Below, piece after piece: positions 28,592 through 39,004 of a stretch of DNA of 64,000 nt (its first letter is position 1; every line of letters starts with the position of its first letter). A program made the position numbers and the translations under genes. This stretch comes from Patescibacteria group bacterium (GTDB lineage: Bacteria; Patescibacteriota; Minisyncoccia; Moranbacterales; GWC2-37-73). Where the stretch lies: the NCBI GenBank assembly GCA_036391995.1, contig DASVYU010000015.1, forward strand, positions 350-64,349. Direction: 5' to 3'. The notes under the pieces are model-generated. The model worked only from the letters and a program-made list of their open reading frames with translations. It made no database searches and was not told the origin of the DNA.

Positions 28592-28921
28592 TTAGAGTTT
28601 TGCTTCCAATTCCTGCTTCAATGCCTCCTTGGGACGGAAGCCGACGAAATCAGCAACTACTTCGCCATTCTTGAAAAGCTTCATGTTAGGAATGCTCATG
28701 ATCTGATATTTCATGGCCAAAGCCTGATGATCCGGGTTTTCCACGTCCAACTTGGCAATTTTAACTTTGCCTTCCGTTTCCCCCGCCAATTCATCAAGCA
28801 CCGGCGCCATCATGCGGCATGGCCCGCACCAAGGAGCCCAAAAGTCTACCAACACAGGCAGATCGGATTTGATTACTTCCTGTTCGAATGTCTTGTCTGT
28901 GAGTTCTAATGCTTTGCTCAT
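28592..28921 (-). CDS. trxA: Thioredoxin
   Basis: DFWAPWCGPC. Confidence 0.96.
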   Translation of the reverse strand: MSKALELTDKTFEQEVIKSDLPVLVDFWAPWCGPCRMMAPVLDELAGETEGKVKIAKLDVENPDHQALAMKYQIMSIPNMKLFKNGEVVADFVGFRPKEALKQELEAKL

Positions 28922-29044
28922 ACTTTTTATAAATTTTAAATTATTAATTTTAAATTTGAAATGAATTTTGAATGACTAAATGTTTTAAAACTTAGAATTT
29001 ATTATTTGAATTAAAATTTAAAACTTAGCCTTTAAAATTAAGTT

Positions 29045-29302
29045 TTAGCTTAATTTCAACAATTTCAAAATCTGTTTCTCATCTATCTTCTTGCGTTCAG
29101 ACAGCTTGCAAACCAATTCATCCTGCAGGATTTCAGCTCCGAGTCCCGCCACCGCTTCACGGACCGCCAAAACCTGGGTAATGATCTTGTCGCAAGAACC
29201 GCCTTCTTCCAACATTTTTTTGAGTCCCCTGACTTGCCCCTCGATTCTGGAAACCCTGTTCAGGAGCTTCTCATTCGATGGCTGATTCGATTTGTTCGCC
29301 AT
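29045..29302 (-). CDS. CsoR/RcnR/CstR-family transcriptional repressor
   Basis: RIEGQVRGLKKM...SCDKIITQVLAV. Confidence 0.9.
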   Translation of the reverse strand: MANKSNQPSNEKLLNRVSRIEGQVRGLKKMLEEGGSCDKIITQVLAVREAVAGLGAEILQDELVCKLSERKKIDEKQILKLLKLS

Positions 29303-29311
29303 ATGTATTTG

Positions 29312-29695
29312 TTATAAGTTATCTATCGCTCTTTTGAGTTTTTCCTCTATTTCTACCGCCACAGCAGCCAACTCCTCATGATCAACCATCGCAAGCATTT
29401 GCCTTGGCATTATGGCACTGACAACTGTTTCTTCGTTGCTTTGATAAATGATCACGTTGCAAGGCAACAGTAATCCCAATTCCTTGTCAGTCGATAGTAA
29501 TGCATGGGCTGACTGCGGATGACAAGCTCCCAGAATCAGATAGTCTTCAAAATCAACATCCAGTTTCTTCTTGAAAGTCGCCTTGGCATCTATTTCAGTA
29601 ATGATTCCAAAACCCTCATTAGTCAGCGCCTCACGCATCTTTTTTTCCACTTCAGCAAAAGACTGCCTGAATTTTCTTTTGTATCCAAGCTCCAT
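29312..29695 (-). CDS. DUF302-family protein
   Basis: GFGIITEID, ILGACHP, LGLLLPCNVIIY. Confidence 0.85.
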   Translation of the reverse strand: MELGYKRKFRQSFAEVEKKMREALTNEGFGIITEIDAKATFKKKLDVDFEDYLILGACHPQSAHALLSTDKELGLLLPCNVIIYQSNEETVVSAIMPRQMLAMVDHEELAAVAVEIEEKLKRAIDNL

Positions 29696-29759
29696 AAATA
29701 TATCTTTTTCTTGTGTTTGAAAATTGAAAATTATTATTTGGAAATTCCGCGTATGCGGC

Positions 29760-29805
29760 ATATACCCTCTGGGGGTATATTAACATGAGCCAAAATACCT
29801 GTCAA
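29760..29805 (-). promoter_or_regulatory. Sigma-70 promoter with overlapping CsoR-type operator
   Basis: TTGACA-17-TAATAT (minus strand); palindrome atataccc-tctgg-gggtatat at 29760-29780. Confidence 0.75.
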
Positions 29806-29809
29806 CACT

Positions 29810-30502
29810 TTATTTTTTGCCCACGAGAAGTATGTTTCTGCCATTTATGATTTCACAGCGCTCGATTTCAAAACCAGCTGCTGAGAAAAGTTTTTGCAAT
29901 TCTTTTTTAGTGAAAGCATGATGGAAGCGCTGGAACACCCTGCCCTGATTGTCAGTGAAAGACACTTCGCAATCATTCCAATCCAATTCCGATTTTCCCA
30001 GCAACTTATTTTTCCAATTTTCGAAAATATTACCGATATATTTTTGCTGCCACAAATACCAGACAGTCACAACAATGACGCCTTCATTTTTTGTTACCCT
30101 ATATAGCTCTCGAGCCATGTCTTCTCTGTATTTTCGGGATGGGAAATGATGGAAAACCGCAATCGAATATATGCTATTGAAAAATCCACCCTCAAATGCT
30201 AGAGTAGTCTGATTGGGATTTAGCTTGGAAAAGCTGTGATCAGGATATTTCTGCTGAGCGAATTCAATAAGTTTCTCTGAAACATCCACGCCGAAATATT
30301 CGATATCCTTTTCACCAATAAGTTCCAGAAGCCTGCCGTTGCCGCAGCCATAGTCCAGCACTTTGTCGCCAGCCTTGGCATAGTCCGCAACAAATTCCAA
30401 GCCGCGCCAAAAATGCTTGCGCGTCTGGGAGAATTTCTTGGCAATCAGGTCATATCCAGCCTCAGTCTCATTCAATATTTTTTTCGCTATTTCCCTCTTC
30501 AT
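29810..30502 (-). CDS. SAM-dependent methyltransferase, Trm9/ALKBH8-like
   Basis: YDLIAKKFSQTR...W, LDYGCGNG, SIAVFHH, TVW, RFHHAFTKKEL. Confidence 0.8.
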   Translation of the reverse strand: MKREIAKKILNETEAGYDLIAKKFSQTRKHFWRGLEFVADYAKAGDKVLDYGCGNGRLLELIGEKDIEYFGVDVSEKLIEFAQQKYPDHSFSKLNPNQTTLAFEGGFFNSIYSIAVFHHFPSRKYREDMARELYRVTKNEGVIVVTVWYLWQQKYIGNIFENWKNKLLGKSELDWNDCEVSFTDNQGRVFQRFHHAFTKKELQKLFSAAGFEIERCEIINGRNILLVGKK

Positions 30503-30533
30503 TACTTTCAAACTTTATGAACTTTATAACTTT

Positions 30534-32162
30534 ATGAACTCATCGTACGACAACTTCATCATCTCTGCAATCGAAGAGCTTCCGGAAAAGAAGGAGGATT
30601 TTGCATACCTAAAAAAGAAGCTATGCAAGCGCTTCGGCGTGTCCATGCCGACCAATGCCGATCTGCGCGACAGATATAACCAATTGGTAAGCGCAAAGAA
30701 AATCAAGCAATCTCCGACTTTCGAGAAGATGCTGCTGAGCCGCGCGGTGCGCACCCAATCAGGCGTAGCCGTGGTCGCCGTGTTGACCAAACCATCCACC
30801 TGCCCCGGCAATTGTCTCTACTGCCCGACCGAAAAAGGGATGCCCAAAAGTTATCTCTCCAATGAGCCGGCCGTCATGCGCGCCATCGATTCACAGTTTG
30901 ATCCATACTTGCAAGTGCACAACCGCCTGCGTTCTTTGGAACTCAATGGCCATGCCACGGACAAGATCGAGCTCATCGTGATGGGCGGGACATTTTCCTA
31001 TTTTCCAAAATCTTATCAAAAGAAATTCATCACGCAGTGTTTCAGCGCTGCCAATGATTACCCAAAAGCAAACCACAGAGGTCCTAAAACTCAATCGAGG
31101 TCGGACCTCGACTCAGCTTTGATGCGCGAACAGAAAAAGAATGAGAAAGCGAAGCATCGCATCATTGGCCTCACATTGGAAACCAGACCGGACTACATAG
31201 ACAAAAAAGAAATCCTCAATTTCAGGGATTTGGGCTGTACCAGAGTAGAACTGGGCGTTCAGAGCATCTATGACGACGTTTTGCAGCTCAATAGACGCGG
31301 GCATGACGTCCAAGAGACCGCTAGAGCCACGAAAATGCTCCGGGATGCCGGTTTTAAGCTGAATTATCACATGATGCCGGGCCTGCCAGGAAGCACCTCC
31401 AAGCGCGATTTTGAGATGTTCAAAGCCCTTTTCCAAGACCCCCGTTTCCAGCCTGATATGCTCAAGATATACCCTACCGTTGTCCTCAAAAATAGTGATC
31501 TTTATGACCTCTGGAAAGCCGGCAAATACAAGCCGCTCACAGACAAAACTTTTGAAAAATTGGCTATCAAAATAAAGAACGAAGCCATTGCGCCTTATGT
31601 GAGAATCGCTCGCCTGGTGCGCGACGTACCGACTTCCTCCATCATTGCTGGTCCGATCGTTTCCAATCTTAGACAGATCATCGAACATAAAGCTCATTGC
31701 CCTTGCATCCGCTGCCGCGAAGTAAAGAATGAATATCAAATCAAGGAAAAAATAATCCTCGATAGGATCAACTATGAAGCAGCTGATGGCAAAGAGATAT
31801 TCCTGCAATATGTCTCGCCTGACAAAAAGAAACTGTTCGCGCTGCTGCGCTTGAGAATACCTGGTGAAGTTGGGGGCATTAGGGAATTTAGGGAGTTTCA
31901 ACCTGCTTTCAAGGTTCTTGAAAATGCGGCGCTTATACGCGAAGTACACACCTATGGTAAGCTCGCCAAAATAGATTCCAAAGATGCTTCTTCCCCGCAG
32001 CACATCGGCCTGGGCAGAAAGCTCCTGCAAGAAGCTGAAAGGATCGCCAAAGAAGAATTCGATCTCAAAAAGATTGTAGTAATTTCAGGCGTCGGTGTGA
32101 GAGGATATTATAGGAAGAACGGCTATAGACTAAAAGATACTTATATGGTAAAGAGTATTTAG
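30534..32162 (+). CDS. elp3: Elp3-like tRNA U34 carboxymethyltransferase (radical SAM + KAT)
   Basis: CPGNCLYCP, MGGTF, ETRPD, VELGVQS, REVHTYG, QHIGLGR, ISGVGVRGYYRK. Confidence 0.93.
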   Translation: MNSSYDNFIISAIEELPEKKEDFAYLKKKLCKRFGVSMPTNADLRDRYNQLVSAKKIKQSPTFEKMLLSRAVRTQSGVAVVAVLTKPSTCPGNCLYCPTEKGMPKSYLSNEPAVMRAIDSQFDPYLQVHNRLRSLELNGHATDKIELIVMGGTFSYFPKSYQKKFITQCFSAANDYPKANHRGPKTQSRSDLDSALMREQKKNEKAKHRIIGLTLETRPDYIDKKEILNFRDLGCTRVELGVQSIYDDVLQLNRRGHDVQETARATKMLRDAGFKLNYHMMPGLPGSTSKRDFEMFKALFQDPRFQPDMLKIYPTVVLKNSDLYDLWKAGKYKPLTDKTFEKLAIKIKNEAIAPYVRIARLVRDVPTSSIIAGPIVSNLRQIIEHKAHCPCIRCREVKNEYQIKEKIILDRINYEAADGKEIFLQYVSPDKKKLFALLRLRIPGEVGGIREFREFQPAFKVLENAALIREVHTYGKLAKIDSKDASSPQHIGLGRKLLQEAERIAKEEFDLKKIVVISGVGVRGYYRKNGYRLKDTYMVKSI

Positions 32163-32200
32163 TTCATGAAATCTAAAAATCTAAAAGGGAGGAAAAATCT

Positions 32201-32611
32201 ATGCCAAAAATTATCCTTGCTTCAGGCCCAGTCATCATCGAGGACGACAAAGTGCTTCTGGACAAGCATGGCCTAGACCCGTTCTGGAAATTCTGCGGTG
32301 GCCGCTTCGACGACCTCGAGCAATCTCTCATCGAGCACGCCCAGAATAGAGCTTTTCTGGAACTCGGAATCGAGGTTGAGATCATCAACAGAAAACCTTT
32401 TGTCATGTGGACACAAAAAGAAGCCGCACCGGACGGAAAAATAGACGTAGTGTTGTTTCACTTCTTGGCCAGACATGAAGGAGAGATTTCACCAGGCGAA
32501 GATATCAGGGATTGGAAATGGATCCCAATCTCGGAGCTTGATGAGCTTGAGAAGAAAGGCGAGCTTGCTCCGAACATCATCCCCACACTCAAACATTTCC
32601 GCATTATCTAA
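32201..32611 (+). CDS. NUDIX-fold protein with a degenerate Nudix box
   Basis: WKFCGG...NRAFLELG, WKWI; SD gggagg. Confidence 0.7.
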   Translation: MPKIILASGPVIIEDDKVLLDKHGLDPFWKFCGGRFDDLEQSLIEHAQNRAFLELGIEVEIINRKPFVMWTQKEAAPDGKIDVVLFHFLARHEGEISPGEDIRDWKWIPISELDELEKKGELAPNIIPTLKHFRII

Positions 32612-32737
32612 AAAACCTGTTTCATTGAAACACACAAGCAGCCCTCAAAAGCTGCTTTTTCTTTTTTATTCCACAAATATCGCATTATTCCACTTTCGGA
32701 CGATCGTCTTTTTGTGGAATAATCGTTCAGATCAATG

Positions 32738-33763
32738 TCACTTTCCTGCTAACTGGCCGCAAGCGGCAGCTATCTCATCGCCCAGGCTTTTCCTGATCGT
32801 CGCATTGATGCCGAGCGACAACAGATTCTTTTTGAATGTCTGCGCACGCTCTTTTCTGGAAGGCATGAAGATATCGGAAGTCGTGTTGTAGCGGATCAGA
32901 TTCACATGCAGCAAATGAGCATGGCCGATGGACTTCAGATAACTTGCCAAATTCTTGGCATCAATCGCTCTGTCATTCAATCCTTCTAGGAGAATATATT
33001 CCATAAAGACTTTTCTATTTGTGAGTTCAAAATAATTACGCAAAGCGTTTTTTAGACTCTCCATATCATCCCTTTTATTGACCGGCATAAAAGAGCTGCG
33101 CTGCTCATCAGTGGCAAAATGCAGCGATATCGCCAGATTGACTTGCGGGAATTCCGCGGCCAATTTCGCGATACCTTCCGTGATGCCGGAAGTAGAAACA
33201 GAAAGCGAGCGCGAGCCGAAACCGAAAAGCTTATCATCGATCAGGTTGCGGATGCTCTCTGAAACATTTTCCCAATTGAGAAATGGCTCCCCCATACCCA
33301 TATACACGATGTTGGAAAAATTACCTTCAATATTGTTGCGCTTTAGATATTGTCTCCAGAACAAGATCTGATCAGTGATTTCTTCTGCAGTCAGGTTTCT
33401 CCCGAATCCCATCTTCCCCGTCGCACAGAAGCGGCAGCCCATTGCACAACCTACTTGGCAAGAAATGCAAGCTGACCATGTGCCCGGCTTGGGAGAAATC
33501 AAAACAGTTTCAATCAGATTTCCATCAGCAAGTTTCAAAAGCACTTTCATGGAATCATTATTTTTAGAAACCAGAACTTTTTGCGGCTCGAATGAAAGCA
33601 GCTGCAATTCATTTTGCATTTTTTCTCTTAAGTCCTTAGGCAGCGTTGAAATTTCAGCAAACGACGAAACGCCATCTTGGAAGATGGCCTTCTGAATCTG
33701 CCCCAGACGAAATTTGGGCAATTTGTTCTCTTCTGTGAATTGTTCCAGTTTTCGCGTATCCAT
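32738..33763 (-). CDS. rlmN: Radical SAM RNA m2A methyltransferase
   Basis: QVGCAMGCRFC, MGMGEP, ISLH, AACGQL. Confidence 0.93.
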   Translation of the reverse strand: MDTRKLEQFTEENKLPKFRLGQIQKAIFQDGVSSFAEISTLPKDLREKMQNELQLLSFEPQKVLVSKNNDSMKVLLKLADGNLIETVLISPKPGTWSACISCQVGCAMGCRFCATGKMGFGRNLTAEEITDQILFWRQYLKRNNIEGNFSNIVYMGMGEPFLNWENVSESIRNLIDDKLFGFGSRSLSVSTSGITEGIAKLAAEFPQVNLAISLHFATDEQRSSFMPVNKRDDMESLKNALRNYFELTNRKVFMEYILLEGLNDRAIDAKNLASYLKSIGHAHLLHVNLIRYNTTSDIFMPSRKERAQTFKKNLLSLGINATIRKSLGDEIAAACGQLAGK

Positions 33764-33775
33764 AACCAACCAAGT

Positions 33776-35614
33776 CTATTCTACTGTGACTGATTTTGCA
33801 AGATTGCGTGGCTTGTCCACGTCGTAACCTTTTGACACCCCTACATGATAAGCGAAAAGCTGCAGCGGGATGACAGCAAGAAGCGGCGTGAGCATTTCCA
33901 GTGTTTTAGGAATATAAATGACATCATCAGCATGTTTTGAGATTTCCTTGTCACCTTTAGTAGCAACTGCCAGAATCCTGCCACTGCGCGCTTTGATTTC
34001 CTGCATGCCTGAAATATTCTTTTCATACACGCTATCCCTGGGCGCCACGAATACTGAAGGAAAATTCTTATCTATGAGTGCGATCGGCCCATGCTTCATC
34101 TCCCCGCTGGCATAGCCTTCGGCATGCACGTAGGAAATCTCCTTGATCTTGAGCGCTCCCTCCAAAGCGATCGGGAAATTATATTTCCTTCCCATGTAAA
34201 GGAAATTATTGAACTGCGCATATTTCTTGGCGATCTTCCTGATGTCTTTTTCTTGCGCAAGGATCTCTTCGATATATTTCGGAATCTTTTCCAATTCCTT
34301 GGCGATCCTTTGGCCAGTTACCAGCGACATATCTCGCTGCATGCCCAAGAAGATCGTGAGCAGCGCCAGGATGCTGAGCTGCGAAGTGAAGGCTTTAGTT
34401 GAAGCCACGCCTATCTCAGGTCCAGCATGATTATATACGCCCGCATCATCTTCGCGCGCAATCGTCGAACCGACAGTGTTGATAATGCCCAGCGTCAGTG
34501 CGCCTTTCTCCTTGGCTTCGCGGATCGCTGCCAAAGTATCGGCAGTTTCACCTGATTGCGAAATAGCGATCACGGCCGCATGCTTGTCGAGTAGCGGTTT
34601 GCGATAACGGAACTCACTTGCATATTCCACTTCCACTGGAATGCCAGCATATTCCTCCAGCATATATTCTCCAACCAATCCTGCATAATATGACGTGCCG
34701 CAACTCACGATGATGATACGCCTGATGTTTCTGAGTTTCTTTTCCACATCCTTGAGTCCGCCCAGTTTAGCCAACCCTTCGCTTTTCACTAATCTGCCGC
34801 GTATAGCATTCTTAACTGCTTCAGGCTGCTCGAATATTTCTTTGAGCATGAAGTGGGCATAGCCTTGCTTTTGTGCTTGTTCCATGGACCAATCCAATTT
34901 GGAAACATTTTTGGCAACCGGCTTATCTTTGATCGTAAACACATTGAAATTACCTTCTTCCAAAACTGCAACTTCCCCATCTTCCAGATACACCACCCTG
35001 TCGGTGTGCCTCACAATCGCACTAGCATCAGAAGCGATGACGAATTCATCCGCGCCAATACCTAGCAGCAAGGGACTGCCTAAGCGCGCCGCAACGATCT
35101 GCCCTGGATTTTTTTGATCGATCACCGCGATGCCATATGTCCCACGGATGTGCTGCAAAGTCTTGAGGACAGCATCCTTAAGACTGAGATTCTTTTCTTG
35201 TTTCTGGTATTGCTCAATCAGATGCGCAATGACCTCACTATCAGTCTCCGAAGAAAAATCGTGTCCTTTCTTCTTGAGAAATTCTTTCAATTCCAAATAA
35301 TTCTCGATGATGCCATTATGCACGACTTGTATCATGCCCGAGCAATCACTGTGTGGATGGGAATTCTTATCGCAAGGCTTGCCATGCGTGGCCCAGCGGG
35401 TATGCGCGATGCCAGAAGTGGCAGCAAGATCCCTGCTTCCAAGTTTATTCTCCAATTCCGCAACCTTACCAGTCGCCTTGAAAGTCAGCATTTTATCTTC
35501 TTCAATCACCGCTAAGCCTGCGCTGTCATAACCGCGATATTCCAAACGCTTGAGTCCTTCCAGAAGGATAGGTGCCGCCTTCTGTTTTCCGATATAGCCA
35601 ACAATTCCACACAT
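33776..35614 (-). CDS. glmS: Glutamine--fructose-6-phosphate aminotransferase
   Basis: MCGIVG start, HTRWATHG, SQSGETAD, PRNLAKSVTVE. Confidence 0.98.
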   Translation of the reverse strand: MCGIVGYIGKQKAAPILLEGLKRLEYRGYDSAGLAVIEEDKMLTFKATGKVAELENKLGSRDLAATSGIAHTRWATHGKPCDKNSHPHSDCSGMIQVVHNGIIENYLELKEFLKKKGHDFSSETDSEVIAHLIEQYQKQEKNLSLKDAVLKTLQHIRGTYGIAVIDQKNPGQIVAARLGSPLLLGIGADEFVIASDASAIVRHTDRVVYLEDGEVAVLEEGNFNVFTIKDKPVAKNVSKLDWSMEQAQKQGYAHFMLKEIFEQPEAVKNAIRGRLVKSEGLAKLGGLKDVEKKLRNIRRIIIVSCGTSYYAGLVGEYMLEEYAGIPVEVEYASEFRYRKPLLDKHAAVIAISQSGETADTLAAIREAKEKGALTLGIINTVGSTIAREDDAGVYNHAGPEIGVASTKAFTSQLSILALLTIFLGMQRDMSLVTGQRIAKELEKIPKYIEEILAQEKDIRKIAKKYAQFNNFLYMGRKYNFPIALEGALKIKEISYVHAEGYASGEMKHGPIALIDKNFPSVFVAPRDSVYEKNISGMQEIKARSGRILAVATKGDKEISKHADDVIYIPKTLEMLTPLLAVIPLQLFAYHVGVSKGYDVDKPRNLAKSVTVE

Positions 35615-35695
35615 ATTGATAAATATAGAATTGCAGAGCGCTAGGCGCAAAACAATCTTTTTTATTATTTATTCAAAACACCAAGTAGTTATTGG

Positions 35696-36880
35696 TTATT
35701 CTTTGTCTATTTTTAATTTGACCGAATTTGCAAACTTCAAGAGATCAGATTGGAAAGTGAGTGTTATTTTGTTTTTAATCTCCTGCTTCTCTTGCGCGAA
35801 TGCAATCAGTTTTTCCAATAATTCACCGATCTCAATACCACTCTTTTTCCATAAATGGTGATAAAGAGTTCCAGGCATCGTGTTTATTTCGTTTGCATAT
35901 ACAGCTTGGGTTTCTTTGTTGTAAAGAAAATCAATGCGCGCAATCCCACTGCATCCGCAAAGCTTAAAGATTGCAACTGCCATATCTTGGACTTCTTTGG
36001 TTTTTTCAGCTGAAAGATCTGCTGGTATCACAAGACTACTTTGGGCATTACCAAGTTGAGCACCTCCATTTTCTAAATATTTGTCCTCATAATTAAAATG
36101 ATCACCGGAAAAAACCGCCTCCTGGACAAGAGATGCGACAGGATCATCATTTCCCAACACAGCACAAGTGATGTCAGACATGTTTTCCACACTTTCTTCA
36201 ACTATGACCTTGTCATCATAATGAAGCGCGATTTCACAAGCGTTTTCCAATTCATCTCTGTTCTTAACTTTTGTAATTCCTATTGAAGATCCCAGTCTCG
36301 CAGGCTTCACAAATATCGGCCAAATCAATTTATCTATTTCAGCCAAAACTGCAGATTTGCCTTTTTCCCATTCATGAAAACTGAAATGCATGAATTTCGC
36401 CGTAGGAATACCCTCGCTGCGATACATCATCTTGGTTGCCGCTTTATCCATCGCCAACGCAGAAGAAAGCACGTCGCATCCCACATATGGAATACTCATG
36501 AGTTCAAACAATCCTTGAATCGTACCATCCTCGCCATTTGTTCCATGAAAAGCCGGGAAAGCAATGTCAATAACCACCTCCTGAGAAAACATGCCTTCTT
36601 TTTTAAAAACCATCCTTCCTTTTGCTGCCAACTCCAGCTTGCATGGTTTCATTTCCTTCAGCTCAACATCCTTTTGAGGATTTGTGAAAAATTTCAAAGA
36701 ACCCAACCTTTCATCAGCAAACCACTCGCCGTCCTTATTCAAATAAACAGGCACAACATTATAGCCAAGCTTTTTGAGTTCCGAAATTATAAGTTGGCCG
36801 GTAATTATAGATACATCATGCTCAGGGCTTCGACTGCCGAAAAACACCCCGATATTCAAATTCTTATTCTGCTCTTTCAT
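35696..36880 (-). CDS. ddl: D-alanine--D-alanine ligase
   Basis: GSRSPEHDVS, HGTNGEDG, KPARLGSSIG, EINTMPG. Confidence 0.93.
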   Translation of the reverse strand: MKEQNKNLNIGVFFGSRSPEHDVSIITGQLIISELKKLGYNVVPVYLNKDGEWFADERLGSLKFFTNPQKDVELKEMKPCKLELAAKGRMVFKKEGMFSQEVVIDIAFPAFHGTNGEDGTIQGLFELMSIPYVGCDVLSSALAMDKAATKMMYRSEGIPTAKFMHFSFHEWEKGKSAVLAEIDKLIWPIFVKPARLGSSIGITKVKNRDELENACEIALHYDDKVIVEESVENMSDITCAVLGNDDPVASLVQEAVFSGDHFNYEDKYLENGGAQLGNAQSSLVIPADLSAEKTKEVQDMAVAIFKLCGCSGIARIDFLYNKETQAVYANEINTMPGTLYHHLWKKSGIEIGELLEKLIAFAQEKQEIKNKITLTFQSDLLKFANSVKLKIDKE

Positions 36881-36884
36881 ATTT

Positions 36885-38249
36885 TTAAAAATAATTATCA
36901 GTAAGATCGTTTTGGAAAATTATAGTGTCACCGCTTTTTATAACGCTGCCAAGATCAGCATGCGCTTGCTCGGTATTCTCGTAAAGCCGTAAATTTTCAA
37001 ATTTTTCTTCTTGGAGCCCCTCGATAATATATGGCGTCATGGGTGATTTTATAAGTAACACCTGATCAGCCTCATGAGCATACAGCCTCCCAATTTCCCT
37101 GTGTATTGCAGGCATGGCATCTCCAAGCTCAACAATGCCAGGCGTAAGAACCAGCTTTCTACCTCCAGCTCTGGAAAGTACCTTTATTCCACTTTTAATG
37201 CCATCAAAATTGCCATTATAGCTGTCATCGATAACCATGACGTTGGTGGCACTATTGTACAGCGGCTCCAAACGATGCGCAACCGGTTTTATTCCACTCA
37301 CAGCATCACTTATTTCACCCATAGACATGCCTAGCTTTTTCGCAATAACACTGCACAGCAGTATGAGTGTGATATTATGTTCAGCCAAAAGCTTCGTTTG
37401 AAAATCACAATTATCATAACTAAATTTCAAACCCTTGAAATTTTCCAACGCCTCAATATTGCCAGCTGATCCCAAAGAAATACCCGATGTGTTTTTCAAG
37501 TCAAATCTTTCCGAATTGTCCCTGACATTAACATCGTCTAAATTCAAAACCGATAAAGCTTTTGTGTTTTGAGGTAATTCGAATTTTGTCTGTATAGTAT
37601 TATCAATGTTTCCGAAACGTTCAAGATGGGCTTCGTTTATGCCTGTTAAAATCGAATAGTCAGGCTTCACCATATTGCATATCGCTGCGATCTCCCCTTT
37701 GCAATATGCTCCCATCTCAACGATAAATACTTGGCTTTTTTGAATCTGCTCCTTCTTTCTTATTATGAAATCCGCTATCCCAATATCCGTATTCACATTC
37801 TCAGGAGTTTTTATTACGGAAAATTTCTTCTCCAGAATATGAGCCAGAATTTCCTTGGTGCTTGTTTTACCATAACTTCCAGTAATGCCTACGATCTCAA
37901 TGCCAGCCTGAGAAAGAATGCTTTTTGCTGAGCCTATTCTTTTGTTTTTAAGAATTTCATCTACCGGCATTATCAAAACAAGCGAAATTCCTATCACAAA
38001 AGGAAGTAAAGCAAGGAGTGCGGCCACGATAAAAAATCCATACCATCCAAAAAACGAAAAACCAATAATGCTTGCACTGATAAGTATAGCCCATGTAATA
38101 ATCTGGAGAAGTCGCGCTTTGGCTGTCCAGGTTATTTTTTGCCGCTGCTCAAGTTCCCACCATTCCAAATGACTGTAGGCGAATTTCAAAAACCGCGAAA
38201 AATAATAATTTTCGCTTTGCAGTATATAAATAAGATTTCTAATAATCAT
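36885..38249 (-). CDS. murF: UDP-MurNAc-tripeptide--D-Ala-D-Ala ligase with N-terminal TM segment
   Basis: GITGSYGKTSTKE, VEMGA, HLERFG, IDDSYNGN. Confidence 0.88.
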   Translation of the reverse strand: MIIRNLIYILQSENYYFSRFLKFAYSHLEWWELEQRQKITWTAKARLLQIITWAILISASIIGFSFFGWYGFFIVAALLALLPFVIGISLVLIMPVDEILKNKRIGSAKSILSQAGIEIVGITGSYGKTSTKEILAHILEKKFSVIKTPENVNTDIGIADFIIRKKEQIQKSQVFIVEMGAYCKGEIAAICNMVKPDYSILTGINEAHLERFGNIDNTIQTKFELPQNTKALSVLNLDDVNVRDNSERFDLKNTSGISLGSAGNIEALENFKGLKFSYDNCDFQTKLLAEHNITLILLCSVIAKKLGMSMGEISDAVSGIKPVAHRLEPLYNSATNVMVIDDSYNGNFDGIKSGIKVLSRAGGRKLVLTPGIVELGDAMPAIHREIGRLYAHEADQVLLIKSPMTPYIIEGLQEEKFENLRLYENTEQAHADLGSVIKSGDTIIFQNDLTDNYF

Positions 38250-39004
38250 GATGTTTGCGGAAAAAATTTCTTATCAAATTCCGTCTTGTTATCCAAAAAC
38301 ACGTAGTGTCCAGCCTCGGGAATCACGAACAGCTCTGAATTTTCCAGGAGCTCATTCATGAGACGCGCGTCCGAAACTGGCGTTTCCTTGTCATTCTCTC
38401 CCCAAATAAGCACTGCTTTCGCTTTCACGCTTCTCATGTCTTCACGCAAGTCATTATTGATGACATTTTGAAAAGTAGCTGCCATTTCTCCCGCATTTAT
38501 ATAATCTTCGCTGCCGATAGCAGAGTAGAATCCTTTTCGTATTTTTAGCCTTAGATCCTTCAATACCGGCAATGCAAAAAATATATTGAATATTCTCGCA
38601 CCTATCTTATAGAAAAAGATTTTAGTGTTTTTATTCCTAATTCCAGCACTGCCGATCAAAACAATTTTTTCAACCTCAGGATGAGCTGAGCAGTATTTAA
38701 TGATTACACTTCCCCCAAATGAATGTCCAACAAAAATGGCTTTTTTTATCTTGTTTTTCTCCAGAAATTTCTCCAAGAAATCCGAGTAATCCTTGGTTGT
38801 CCATGCATTTTTAGGGACTTCACTTTTTCCAAATCCTGGAAGATCGATTGCGATAAAATTTTCACATTGGGAAAATACTCCTTTCAAATGCATCGCCTGT
38901 GAACCCCAGCCATGCAAAAAAACAAGCGTTTTTTCATTATCCAACAAGTCGCTTTGATAAAAATGCACCTTGAGATTGTCTATTATCACGCTCTTTTCAA
39001 TCAT
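38246..39004 (-). CDS. Alpha/beta hydrolase
   Basis: LHGWG, DLPGFG, GHSFGG, GENDKETP, AGH. Confidence 0.9.
   Translation of the reverse strand: MIEKSVIIDNLKVHFYQSDLLDNEKTLVFLHGWGSQAMHLKGVFSQCENFIAIDLPGFGKSEVPKNAWTTKDYSDFLEKFLEKNKIKKAIFVGHSFGGSVIIKYCSAHPEVEKIVLIGSAGIRNKNTKIFFYKIGARIFNIFFALPVLKDLRLKIRKGFYSAIGSEDYINAGEMAATFQNVINNDLREDMRSVKAKAVLIWGENDKETPVSDARLMNELLENSELFVIPEAGHYVFLDNKTEFDKKFFPQTS

Noticed and set aside
35615-35695. glmS ribozyme
   Set aside because: The spacer is only about 80 nt, AT-rich, and lacks the conserved ribozyme core.
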